Shown here in pieces: positions 10,251-20,432 of a stretch of DNA of 64,000 nt (position 1 is the stretch's first letter; each line of letters starts with the position of its first letter). The notes under the pieces were generated by a model, which saw only the letters and a program-made list of their open reading frames with translations, was not told the DNA's origin and did no database searches. The stretch comes from an uncultured virus (IMG/VR IMGVR_UViG_3300047539_000147). Its lineage: Duplodnaviria > Heunggongvirae > Uroviricota > Caudoviricetes. Location: IMG/VR virus record IMGVR_UViG_3300047539_000147. One strand, 5' to 3'. The translations under genes and the position numbers were made by a program.

Positions 10251-10655
10251 GGAGCCGCCGCAGACTGGAATACGTTCCAGCCTTCGCCCTGGTGAATCAA
10301 AGAAGGACTGGGCGGCTTGCAGGCTAGATTAGCAGAACGCGGTGAGCCCGACCAACATGGGCATGGCTTACGGCGTCGCGGTCATGCGTTCAGCCGACGC
10401 ACTTGGGGTAAACGGGGAGGACGGCAAGAGCGATGGGAGAGGGACAACTGGAATCGGCGATGGCCGCGGTCGGTGCAGTGACCTCGCGATTCGCCGTGTA
10501 TGAAATGGGACTACGGTTGCGGGGAGTGGGTGGAGGATAACGACATCGTGCTTTTGCGAAGACTCACGAACGTGCAGGCGATTCCGGCCCGCGACGAGCG
10601 CCGTCCGCGACGCCCACGTGGGCACGTATCAGTTGTTCGGATCGTTGCACTGACG

Positions 10656-13600
10656 TCAGTAGATAAAGGAGCTGTCGTCGCTCGTGGGCAGCGGTAGCGG
10701 CCATCCGAACAGGCACACGTGGTCGTAGGCCCAGAGCTTGATGGCCGGCGGTCCAATACGGCTGGCGTTTACGAACTCACGCATCCATGGCCAGGTGCTG
10801 TAGTACAGGCCCATCAAGTAGCGGCAGTGGGCCTGGTCCCAGGAGAGTTCCTTCCAGGGGTACTGCGCGCACCGGGTCGCCTGGTCGAGGTTGTGGTTGA
10901 TTCCCGGATATTGGTAGCCCTCGATGAGGAACGTGTCGAAGCCGGAGCCTGAGCGTGTCGTCCATTGCGAGGGCAGGTTGATGTACCGCGTCAGCTTGCA
11001 GTTGTCCGGATCGTTCACGTCCATCGGCCACAGCAGTTCGAAGATGGCCGACGGGCACTGCGACAGGACGTAGCTCTGAATCGCGGCCACGTAGCTGTAC
11101 AGGCGCGTCCGGAGGAAGTTCGCGTCGGCGTAGCTGTTGACCGATGGATCGTCGTTCGGCGTGTGAAAGGTCGCCAGCGCGCGGCCGAGTGCCGACTGTG
11201 CGGCGGCCTGCGTGTCCGCGTCGTGAAACGCCATTCCGGACCCGTTCGCCAGGAACCACCAGAGGATTTCGCCGAACTGGAGTTTGGGCGTCAATCCTGC
11301 CGCCAGCATCAGGGCCGCCATCGCGGCGAAGGCCTGCCCTATGTAGTTCTGTGGCCCGGAACTGAAGGCGATCTGTGAACTGTTGAGCGTGCCGAATCCC
11401 GTGGCGGTCTCGACCGCCGTGCCGTCGGGGAAGCGTTGAACCCACACGGCGCCACCGGCTGGATTGTCCGGCGGTTGCACCAGTTCCTGCGAGAACGAGC
11501 AGACGGCGCTCATGCCGTTCGCCTTGAGCAGGCCAAAGAAATCCGAATTCCAATCGCGGAAGGCTCGGTTGAGCGCCGGCATCTGGGTTGGATCGATCAC
11601 CCACTTCACGCCATACGTGCCGCCTTGCATGTCGCCGGTCACCGCGGCGTGGCCGCTGCCGGTATTGGACGCGGGCAGTTCCGTGTAGACGTGATACTGC
11701 CACCCGCTCGCGAACGAATGGGAAGTGACCGTGAGCACGCTGCCGGAGACCGAGGCCCAGACGCCGTCGAAGATCGCGTTGATGAAATTGGCGAAGTGCC
11801 GCGCGATGGTATTGCTGCTGTCCTGCCCGCCGAACACTGTCTTGCCGATAGCCGAGGCGCCAATGTGCAGCCAGATGACATCCTGGTCGTTCCAATTGCC
11901 GGAGAACGTGACCGTGCATGTGGGGTACGCGGGATTGGACGCCACCGACTGCTTCCACCAGAAGACGCCGCAATAGTGATCGATCTCGCCGAGCAGCCCG
12001 AGTTTCTGAATGTTCCAGACCAGCCTCTGCGGCGACAGCTTGTAGGTGTTGTCCGTGTCGAAGTCGGTGGCCACCGCCACGGCGGTAGTCGTCACCACCG
12101 GATCGGGGACGTCGGTCGCGACCGCGCATTCGAGGAAATCGAAATAGAAATACCAGCCCTGGCTCGACGCGTTCTTATTGCCCGAAAGCGTGATTACCAC
12201 CTTGTGCTGCCCTGCTGCGACGCCGGAGAAGAGCAGGCGTCGTGTCTGGGAGGTGGTGGCCGTAGGATAGTAGCAGTCGAGCGCCACCGGCGCGCCGCCG
12301 TCGAGCGTGGCGGTCACGATGCCGCAGACGGTATCTAGCCGCGTGCCGACATAGATGGAGTGCGCGTACTGGCAATGCGTCTCGACGGTGACGCAAGCAC
12401 CGGAAGCCGCCGCGCGGATCGCGCGCCCTTGGCTCCAAAAGGCGAACGCGCCGTTCACGGGGTCGTTGCCTGGCGCGGGTTCCCAGTATCCGGAAGTGCT
12501 CACCCATGTGCTGTCTTCCTCGATGCGGACCGAACCGGGCCCAGCCACCTTGAGCGCGCGCTTGCTGGCGGGACTGCTGGTCACGGTCCAGTTGGTGACC
12601 ACCATCTTCCACTCGGTGGACTGGTACGCCTGGCTGTTCGGGAGCGCGGGCGCGATGGTCCACCAAACCTTGTCCACGCTGCTCCAGCCGAGGGCGGCGA
12701 AATCGATGTGTACGTGCCACGAGACGTTATCCGATGAGCCGCCGGACAGGTTCCAGTTGCTCGCGGTGAAGTAAAGCCGGCTGCTGCTGTTGTTGTCCGT
12801 CTGGTAGAACGCCACCATGTTGCCGTCGGCTCCCGGCGTGGCCGTGATCACCAACTGGTTCGGCGCAACCACGGCGGCGCTGAGCACGGCGGGGCCGTTC
12901 AGCACCCAGTTCGTTCCGTTGATTTGGCTGGCGATGTTGTTCAGGATGGTCGCCGCACTCGTGCCTTGCGTCAGCGATGCAGCCGCGGAGCCATCCGAAC
13001 TCGACACCGCAATTGGGCCCGCGACGCCGGCCTTCAGCGTAATGAGGATCTCGTTGTTGTACTGGCCTCCCACGGTGGCCGTGCAGTTCGGGTCGGTAGC
13101 GCTGATCTGCGCCGCGACGTTGGCCGCTATCTGCGCGCTGTTCAGCGATCCTTCGTAGCAGGAATACGTGACGCCGGCGATGTTCACCCAGTGCTGGTAG
13201 TTCGACAGCGTGGTGCCCCCAGAGCCGTCGGAGCTAGACACTGCCACGGGGCCGTACTCACCGGACCTCAGCGCAATGAAGATCTCGTTGCCATACGCGC
13301 CTCCCGTGGTGCAGGAGCAATTTGGATCGGAGGCATTGATCTGGGCGGCGACATTGCTCGCGACACCCGCGCTGTTCAGAGATCCCTCGAGGCAGGAATA
13401 GGTGTTCGATCCGATCTTGACCCAATGGTTATACGTTGCGTTCCCCTGCCACCACAGCGCTTGGTCGGTAGTCGCCACCGATCCCTGCCACCACAGAGCC
13501 TGGTCGGTGGTCGGATTGCCGGGAATGATCGCCGGGCTGATGAACGACTGGTTCTGATACCACAGCGTGACCTTGTCGCCAGCCTGCGCGCTGGTTTGAT

Positions 13601-14021
13601 TGAGCGTGAAGGTGGCCGATGCCCCCGCGCGCCCAGTCGTGTTGCACGTAATCGTGATGCCAGGCGTGCCGATCCACTTCACATCCGTGTGGCCGACGCC
13701 GTTGACGGAGTAATCGAGGGTGTTCCAATCCGTCCACGCGCTCTTGAGCGATTCCCAGGATTGAATGCCTTGCCAGGTGACGTCGAAATCGAGTACGAGG
13801 CCGGTGAGATCGCCGTCCGGAAGATACGAGAACAGCGGGTGCCCGAACGGATCGTCTTTCTGGAACAGGACCAGCACAGCAAAATCGGCCAAATCGCGGA
13901 ACACGCCGGACACGATGAAGCCGGTGTCGGACGCACCCCACAGTGCCGCAGCCGCGCCGTAGTCGTCGAAGCCTTGGAGTGCCATCGTGCGATGCGGCTG
14001 CAGCTTGTAGATCTGGTCCAT
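10656..14021 (-). CDS. Large virion tail-associated protein with nested beta-rich repeats and a probable C-terminal TIM-barrel (non-contractile tail sheath-like) domain
   Basis: Last gene of tail operon, start MDQIYKL 1 nt after upstream stop; SFSQEL..WVQRFPDG..QFGEILWWF segment; Gly/Ser/Thr-rich. Confidence 0.65.
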   Translation of the reverse strand: MDQIYKLQPHRTMALQGFDDYGAAAALWGASDTGFIVSGVFRDLADFAVLVLFQKDDPFGHPLFSYLPDGDLTGLVLDFDVTWQGIQSWESLKSAWTDWNTLDYSVNGVGHTDVKWIGTPGITITCNTTGRAGASATFTLNQTSAQAGDKVTLWYQNQSFISPAIIPGNPTTDQALWWQGSVATTDQALWWQGNATYNHWVKIGSNTYSCLEGSLNSAGVASNVAAQINASDPNCSCTTGGAYGNEIFIALRSGEYGPVAVSSSDGSGGTTLSNYQHWVNIAGVTYSCYEGSLNSAQIAANVAAQISATDPNCTATVGGQYNNEILITLKAGVAGPIAVSSSDGSAAASLTQGTSAATILNNIASQINGTNWVLNGPAVLSAAVVAPNQLVITATPGADGNMVAFYQTDNNSSSRLYFTASNWNLSGGSSDNVSWHVHIDFAALGWSSVDKVWWTIAPALPNSQAYQSTEWKMVVTNWTVTSSPASKRALKVAGPGSVRIEEDSTWVSTSGYWEPAPGNDPVNGAFAFWSQGRAIRAAASGACVTVETHCQYAHSIYVGTRLDTVCGIVTATLDGGAPVALDCYYPTATTSQTRRLLFSGVAAGQHKVVITLSGNKNASSQGWYFYFDFLECAVATDVPDPVVTTTAVAVATDFDTDNTYKLSPQRLVWNIQKLGLLGEIDHYCGVFWWKQSVASNPAYPTCTVTFSGNWNDQDVIWLHIGASAIGKTVFGGQDSSNTIARHFANFINAIFDGVWASVSGSVLTVTSHSFASGWQYHVYTELPASNTGSGHAAVTGDMQGGTYGVKWVIDPTQMPALNRAFRDWNSDFFGLLKANGMSAVCSFSQELVQPPDNPAGGAVWVQRFPDGTAVETATGFGTLNSSQIAFSSGPQNYIGQAFAAMAALMLAAGLTPKLQFGEILWWFLANGSGMAFHDADTQAAAQSALGRALATFHTPNDDPSVNSYADANFLRTRLYSYVAAIQSYVLSQCPSAIFELLWPMDVNDPDNCKLTRYINLPSQWTTRSGSGFDTFLIEGYQYPGINHNLDQATRCAQYPWKELSWDQAHCRYLMGLYYSTWPWMREFVNASRIGPPAIKLWAYDHVCLFGWPLPLPTSDDSSFIY

Positions 14022-14022
14022 T

Positions 14023-17000
14023 TTACGAGTAGATGAAGACCGAGAGGTTCGAACCGGGGAACGTTGTCCCGACCGCCGCAATGCCGATGGAGACTGCCGT
14101 GTTCGCCGGGATCTCGGTAAGAGCGCCGATCTGCGACGGAGTGGCAACCACTGCCGTCTGGCCGGCAGGAATGGTCAAGGTCAGCCAGGCCGTGCCGCCC
14201 ACGTAGATCGTGAACGTGATCGCTGCGCCGGTGGGCGCGGCCTGGACGTAAGCCTTCACGTCGCCGACGGTGACGGGGCGATTCAAATAGAGTGGTTGCG
14301 CGGCGTTGGATTCCACGCCGAGAGTGCCCTGCATCTGAAAGACAAGTCCGGCGACTTTCGAGAGTCCTTCCGCGCCGAAGACCCAGTCCTCGCGGATCGG
14401 CGCGTCGCCGTCGGGCGATTCGTTGCCGTTCACGTCCACCGTAAAACCGGCGATCACGAGGGCCTCATCTACGAAATTGCCGGTGGGCATGTTGATCGTG
14501 GTCACCGCCAGCGGGTTGCCGTTATCGAGCGAGGTCGTGTCGCAGGAGTACGGCCACGTCGGCTCTTCGATAATCCAAACATCGCCGGGGTTGATGACCA
14601 TTGGAAGATCCCACGTAATCGTCGTCGCCGTATTCGCGGTGATCTTCCGGGGCGGCAGACCGCGCGAGACGCCTCGAATCACCCGGACCAGATTCCCGAC
14701 CTCCGCGCCGGGCGTCATCCCAGCGGGATACGCGATGTTCTGGCACCCGGAGTCCGTTATGGATGTGGGGTTGGTGGAGTTCGAAGCATCGGCGTTGAAC
14801 CGGAGGACGAGGCAGTCGCCAGCCTGCACAATGCCGTTGGGGTCCGGAGTGACGCCGATGGTCCCGGTGCTGGAATCCCACGACGTGACCGTTGCGCTGA
14901 AGTACGGTGTGGCACTTTCCGGCCTGCCGATGATCGAGATGACGCGGCCCACCGGCGTGAACGAAGGATTACTGGAAGGCGGGCTGCCTTTCAGGTACCC
15001 GACCACGAGCGCCCCGGTTGAGACGCTATCGACGGGCGCGCCGATGATCCCGCCATGAATCTCATGCTTGGCTTTCAACCGGACCTTGCTGACATACGGC
15101 GACGGTAACGCCCAAGTCGAACGCACCAGCGGCCCGCCGAACGTGATCGATCCAGGCGTGTACGTGTTACTCGGCCCCGCCGTCAACGCTCCTGTGGCCT
15201 GCGCGCAGATCAGATCGTCCTGGGTAGCCACGAACAACACATAGGAAACCAGGCCCGCGACCGCCGGCCAGGTGATGTTCTCTAGCGTGAACGAGCCGCC
15301 CGCCGCCGCGCCGGTCCCGATGATGGCGATGTTCGACGGAGCCGAAGGAAGCCCGTTCGAATCGACCGCGCAGATGGCAACGCGCAACATCACGTTGGCT
15401 GGCAACGATCCCCCCGTCGCGGACTGCGAGATCGATCCAATTCCGGGCGCACCCGCGCCGGTGGCGCTGAACTCGTTCACTGGCAACTTTCCGGTCACCA
15501 CAAGGTTCGCGAGCATGCTGCCGTCGGCCATCTGCGCGTAGGACTGATTGGTATCGAAGGTCCACTCGCCCGGAAACAGCGCGTCATTCGCCGCCGCCTG
15601 CACCTGGTACGGAGCCCACGCCGGCCCGAGCGGAATCGAATAGAACAGGGGCGGCAGGGGTCCGGGCACGACGTCCATCGGCTTCGGCCCGACGTCCAGG
15701 TCGTACATGGAATCCGTGACGGTCTGGCCCTCGATCTGCACCGACCAGTCCTTCTTCAGGCTCCATCGCTGAATCCGGAAGGACATCGTCACAATTTGGA
15801 ACGGAAGATTGGTCCCGTTGCCCGGCGCCGATGCCAGGAGCAAGCCGGTCACAGTGTGGTAGGTCGGGTCCGTCGTGTAGCCCGTGATCAACACCTGCAC
15901 GCCGTTGATCACGACTTCCTTGTTCTCCATGGACGTGTCGAAGGCATCGCCGCTGGCCCATGTGACCGAAGTGCCGGTGACGTTGCATGTCCCATGAAGT
16001 CCGGGGATGTCCGGATGCGTCATCGAGACCACTTGCCCGACCTCGTTGCCAAGACCGAGCAGGGTGGTCTGCCATGCGGCAGTGCGGGCGTCGCGCCACT
16101 CGGCGGGATTCACGCCGCCAATCTCCTCGCGCGTCCGGGTAGCAGCGATCCGCAACGCCTGGCTGAGTGACGAGCACCCCACCGAGTGCATCTGGCTGGT
16201 GAGCGGAGATCCGGCGCGCCCGTAGTATCCCGCGTGGCTCTTGTCGCAATACTCTGCCGTGTTCGCCTGGTACTGATACGCGACGTCGGCGAACGAAAGC
16301 ACCAGGTGCTCGAATCCGGCTTGGATCGGCGTCAGCCGCAGGCTTTGAAACAGAGAGTTGGCGAGTGTGTAGGCGTCCACCGCGCTGGCGTTGATGCGGC
16401 AGCCGAGCTTCAGCTTCCCGAACTCCCAGGTGTAGAAGCCCAGGCAGCAATTGAGCACCTCGGTGAGCCAATCGCGAAACGGCTTCTGGCTGCTGATGAT
16501 TCCCTGAAATTGGAACTGCGTCTCGACGCCGGTGCCGAGGATGGCTGCGACCTGGTCAGCCGCGATCTCGGCCGCACCGCTGCCATCGCCCACTATCAGC
16601 GACGGCAACACGAATGTGGCGAGCTGCGCGAACGACGTCGGGCCGGTTCCGCCGGCCGGATTCGATCCGGTGGACGGGTCGCCATACAGACCCATCGCGC
16701 GCAGCAGCATGTTGACGGCGATCCAGAACGGATTGATGAGGCCCCTGATCGCCGTCCGGTTGCCGTTCTGGTCCCACGTCCAGCCCCACATCCCGTAATC
16801 GATGGGGACCGTCATCTGGTGCTGGTCGGGCGTACTCGGCTGGATCGTGGTGGACTTGACGATGCGGATCTCGCACGCCGCCGTGCCCGCCGCGTAGACA
16901 TTCGGCTCCCAGACCTGCGGTGACCCTTGGCCGAGCGAGAAGTAGTCGGTGCTCGAAATCGCCGGGTCGTTGCCGGTGACGTAGCGCAGCCCCATGCCCG

Positions 17001-18450
17001 GCTGGTATTTGGTGACGTTCAGATTGCCGTCGAGCTTGAGGCCCTGCCATAGGTACCCATCGACCATGGGAGCCACCACGTACCGATAGCCGTCCGCGTT
17101 CGTGACCACCATCGACGCGGTGAATCCGCCGAGAGGGCCAGCGCTGAGAATGCCGAGCGAGTCGGCGTATCCCGATTCATCGCGATACGCGACCATCAGC
17201 GCGCTGGCCATGAACGCATAGAGGGGATTGCCGCCGCTGTTGCACCAGATCTCCGGCAGCGCCAGCCCCCAGACCGTATCCGAGAGGATCGAAGTTGCCG
17301 TGACGGTGTTGCGGCCAAAGCCCAGAAAGCCGGTGGAATCGTCCTTGATGACGACGCCCTGTGGGTCGGCCTGGTGCGCGCCGAAGTACGGAGCCATGCC
17401 GTGAACCTGGCATCCGTTCGTCGATTCGAGGTAATAGTCGCACGTCGTGGGATCGCCGCCCGCCGCCGTTACCGCCGCGGCGCTGCGACCCCTTGAGGCC
17501 CACGGACAGTTCACGCCATCGTTGTAAGTCTTCCAGCACTGGCGGCTGAGTTGCCGCTCGGGGTACTGGTTCATGATCTGGAAGAAGCCGTCGGAGCAGG
17601 TGACTGGGAAGATCGGCGTGCCGTCGCTGGTGAAGTTCTGGATGACGCCCTTCCAGAGTTGCAGCAGAATTCCGGAGTTCACGTGGAACAGGCAGAGGTC
17701 GATCTCGGCATACTTCAGGTCCGTGTCGTTGGCGAGTTGCGTCATCACGCGGTCGCCGTTCCCGAAGGTGAAGCGAACGTTGTCCGAAGTGCCTTTGATG
17801 TCCTGCGCGATCAAGACATCGGAGCCGGGCTCGCCGATGCCGATCAGGCGCGGCAGGTATAGCTGCCCGCCCACGGTGACGCGCCGGTCGGAGACATAGA
17901 TCTCGGGGACCGCGGATTCGCGAACGCGAATGTGCACCAGCGGAATGATCTGTTGGACTTCGGAAAGCAGCGCGGTGGACAGCGCGGTCGAGGGGAACCG
18001 GAGGCAGGTGGAGTTGACCGCGTAGGTGGGAGCTTGTGTTGGATCGACGACCTCGATGAGATTCAACCCGACCTGGACAGCGTTGCGGAGGTATTCAAAG
18101 GAGATCGGCGCCTGCTCGAAGGTGACGAGCACGCTCGTGGTCGAGCCACCGGGATTGGGGACCGTGTAGGTGAAAGCCTTCCAAGGTCCCTGCATGGCTT
18201 CCCAGAACGCCTTGAGCTGGTTGGCTTCAGCCCAGTTCAGGTTCGCGTGCTTGAACTGAAACTTGCGCGGGCCGATGCCGACGTAATACCGTTGCTCCTG
18301 CTTGGCGTCGAGGCTGCCGAAGCGATGAACGATCACCGGGCGCTCGACGGAGAAGCCGAACGGGTACTGCGTGGTGAGCGGGAATGTCTGGCCGGAGTTG
18401 ATCACCGTGGGCGACGGTCGGATAGCGGCCGAATCGGGCGTGTCGGACAC
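14023..18450 (-). CDS. Tail tip/hub protein (distal-tail-like + Cys-containing gpL-like + gpJ-like regions)
   Basis: Very long ORF after tape measure; CWKTYNDGVNCPW..CDY..GC cluster; SVGCSSLSQALRIA phage-tail motif; probable GTG start 18450. Confidence 0.8.
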   Translation of the reverse strand: MSDTPDSAAIRPSPTVINSGQTFPLTTQYPFGFSVERPVIVHRFGSLDAKQEQRYYVGIGPRKFQFKHANLNWAEANQLKAFWEAMQGPWKAFTYTVPNPGGSTTSVLVTFEQAPISFEYLRNAVQVGLNLIEVVDPTQAPTYAVNSTCLRFPSTALSTALLSEVQQIIPLVHIRVRESAVPEIYVSDRRVTVGGQLYLPRLIGIGEPGSDVLIAQDIKGTSDNVRFTFGNGDRVMTQLANDTDLKYAEIDLCLFHVNSGILLQLWKGVIQNFTSDGTPIFPVTCSDGFFQIMNQYPERQLSRQCWKTYNDGVNCPWASRGRSAAAVTAAGGDPTTCDYYLESTNGCQVHGMAPYFGAHQADPQGVVIKDDSTGFLGFGRNTVTATSILSDTVWGLALPEIWCNSGGNPLYAFMASALMVAYRDESGYADSLGILSAGPLGGFTASMVVTNADGYRYVVAPMVDGYLWQGLKLDGNLNVTKYQPGMGLRYVTGNDPAISSTDYFSLGQGSPQVWEPNVYAAGTAACEIRIVKSTTIQPSTPDQHQMTVPIDYGMWGWTWDQNGNRTAIRGLINPFWIAVNMLLRAMGLYGDPSTGSNPAGGTGPTSFAQLATFVLPSLIVGDGSGAAEIAADQVAAILGTGVETQFQFQGIISSQKPFRDWLTEVLNCCLGFYTWEFGKLKLGCRINASAVDAYTLANSLFQSLRLTPIQAGFEHLVLSFADVAYQYQANTAEYCDKSHAGYYGRAGSPLTSQMHSVGCSSLSQALRIAATRTREEIGGVNPAEWRDARTAAWQTTLLGLGNEVGQVVSMTHPDIPGLHGTCNVTGTSVTWASGDAFDTSMENKEVVINGVQVLITGYTTDPTYHTVTGLLLASAPGNGTNLPFQIVTMSFRIQRWSLKKDWSVQIEGQTVTDSMYDLDVGPKPMDVVPGPLPPLFYSIPLGPAWAPYQVQAAANDALFPGEWTFDTNQSYAQMADGSMLANLVVTGKLPVNEFSATGAGAPGIGSISQSATGGSLPANVMLRVAICAVDSNGLPSAPSNIAIIGTGAAAGGSFTLENITWPAVAGLVSYVLFVATQDDLICAQATGALTAGPSNTYTPGSITFGGPLVRSTWALPSPYVSKVRLKAKHEIHGGIIGAPVDSVSTGALVVGYLKGSPPSSNPSFTPVGRVISIIGRPESATPYFSATVTSWDSSTGTIGVTPDPNGIVQAGDCLVLRFNADASNSTNPTSITDSGCQNIAYPAGMTPGAEVGNLVRVIRGVSRGLPPRKITANTATTITWDLPMVINPGDVWIIEEPTWPYSCDTTSLDNGNPLAVTTINMPTGNFVDEALVIAGFTVDVNGNESPDGDAPIREDWVFGAEGLSKVAGLVFQMQGTLGVESNAAQPLYLNRPVTVGDVKAYVQAAPTGAAITFTIYVGGTAWLTLTIPAGQTAVVATPSQIGALTEIPANTAVSIGIAAVGTTFPGSNLSVFIYS

Positions 18451-18616
18451 AAGACGAACGGCACGCGCCGGTTGGGCCGTTGCTTGAAACAACGGCCAAA
18501 CGATTGAAGTGTGATCTGATGTGGGAAAATTGGCTGTTCGGTAAAGTCTTTGAGGTGTAGGCGGTGAGTGTGAACGCTCACGCGAAGCGATCTTGGGGCA
18601 CCGATTTGGAGCGACC

Positions 18617-20012
18617 ATGGCAAAAATCGAAAACCACAAATACAGCATCGAGGAAGCCTTTCGAGAGTGCTTCTATATCGTTCCGGATTATCAACGCGAG
18701 TACGTCTGGACGGACAAGGAGGTGCAGCAATTGCTCGATGACATCAACGAGCAAATAGACGCCGGGAGCAGCCGAGAGTACTTCGTCGGAACAGTGCTGG
18801 TTTCCCCTGCTGCTGAGAAGAACCACTTCGAAGTCATCGACGGTCAACAGCGATTGACGACGTTCTTCCTGTTGCTGTGCGCGCTCAAGGAACTGTTCCG
18901 GGGAGAGCCCCAGGTTCAAACTTTGAGCGGCCTGATCGCCACTGGCTACACGGATCGGGAGGGCAATACTCGAACGAGCCTCAAGCTGGAGCCGCGTTAC
19001 GAAACCGCTGGCGAGGTGGTAAGCAAGCTGGTGGAGTTGAACACTGACCCGCAAGGAGTGCGCGCGGGTATTCAGGCTGCTGGCATCACGAGCTTCGGTT
19101 CGCTTGAAAATCTGATAAACGCCTATGCCGCGGTTCACCGCTACCTGAACGACAACTACGACGACCCCGGCCAAGCTCCGCAAATACTGGGGCTACTTGG
19201 CGAACAACGTGGTGTTCATACAGATTTCGACGGACGTCAGCAGTGCGCTTAAAATCTTCGAGACTATCAATGAGCGCGGTGTCGGACTGAATCCGATGGA
19301 CCTGTTGAAAAATTTGCTTTTTACGCATGTAAAGCTCGGTCAGTTCACGCAGCTCAAAGACGAATGGAAGAAGATCACCAAACCGCTGGAAAAGGCAAAG
19401 GAGAAGCCACTTCGCTTCCCTCCGCTACTTCCTAATGGCCAATTACGTGATCCGCAATGATCGTGGGGACGCGGTGGTGCGAGAGGACGAAATCTATGAT
19501 TGGTTCGTCGATAAACAGAACGCCGCGCTTTGCGACTATGCCACTAAACCATTCGAATTCGTTCGCAAGATCATCCGCGATGTTGAACAATACCTGGCAT
19601 ACACCGGGGGGTTGCGGAAACGACGGTAAGCCGAATCTCGTGATGGACAGCCTAAAGCGCATGTGCGGTGCAGCTTTCAGCTTGCATCATGTGCTGCTGC
19701 TGGCTGCGAGCAACTTCCCAAAGCCGCTCTTCGACCATTTCGTTGGCCAGCTAGAGAGCTTTCTCTTTTTCTACATCTTCACGAAGACGCCGACTAAGGA
19801 TTTAGAACGCAATTTTTCCGTCTGGGCAGATGAACTCCGCGCCATCGGTCAAAACTGCCGATCCGGTTGCGCAGCGCGCCCAGCTTAACAATTTCGTCGC
19901 CGACCGCTTCCAGAAGAATATGACGGCAAAGGAGGCGGAACTGACCGATTCGCTCAAGCGCTACTCTCTGAACACGATGCAACAATACCGGACCAGGTAT
20001 CTGCTTGCAAAG
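18617..20012 (+). pseudogene. DUF262 (GmrSD/SspE-like) protein, four frameshifts and 3' truncated before any HNH/DUF1524 domain
   Basis: VPDYQREYVW, IDGQQRLTT, IFETINERG motifs; homology ends abruptly at RYLLAK. Confidence 0.85.
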
Positions 20013-20426
20013 TGCCACCTCCACCAGTTCCAGCCCCTGCACGTTCGTCCGCGCGATATCCGTGGCCTGCGCCCAGTTGCCGCGGAACACCACCGTCACG
20101 CGCCCCTGCGTATTGTTGCCGGTGGGATCGTAGTTGCTGCCAATCTGCTGGCCCGACGCCACATCGAACGGATTGTAGAAGGCGAACGGCGTCAGGCCGG
20201 CGTTCTGCGACACCCAGAAGCTGTACAGCGCCGAGAGCACCGATGCGCTCAGGCGTTTGCTGAGCCGGAACGTCCGGCGCGAGGTCTGCGCAAGTTGCGA
20301 CCGCTGGATCGTGCCGTCGTGATACTGATTCTGAAGTTGCGCATACTCCCGCAACTCCGTGAACGCGGTGCACAGCGAGGCCGGCATCACCCCGTTGGGG
20401 GCGGATTGTACGAGATTGCCTGGCAC
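20013..20426 (-). CDS. Distal tail-like (DUF2460-like) protein; native stop apparently lost at the insert junction
   Basis: Follows tape measure; ends VQGLELVEVA then reads into DUF262 antisense. Confidence 0.65.
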
Positions 20427-20432
20427 TTTGGA

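Larger units (their letters stand above)
1..10330 (-). mobile_element. Tyrosine-integrase element with replication module and defence-like cargo; boundaries approximate, left att probably outside the window
   Basis: Co-oriented, translationally coupled HTH, primase, helicase, xis-like and integrase genes; no virion genes. Confidence 0.65.

Noticed and set aside
10400..10470. Purine-rich stretch loosely like 60900-60960 as prophage attL/attR
   Set aside because: Similarity is low-complexity with no clear shared core or inverted repeat
18451..18648. N-terminal extension of the tail tip ORF
   Set aside because: Runs through the DUF262 promoter and start; GTG at 18450 fits better
19794..20012. 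C-terminal extension of the distal tail ORF
   Set aside because: Read-through into DUF262 antisense strand after loss of the stop codon
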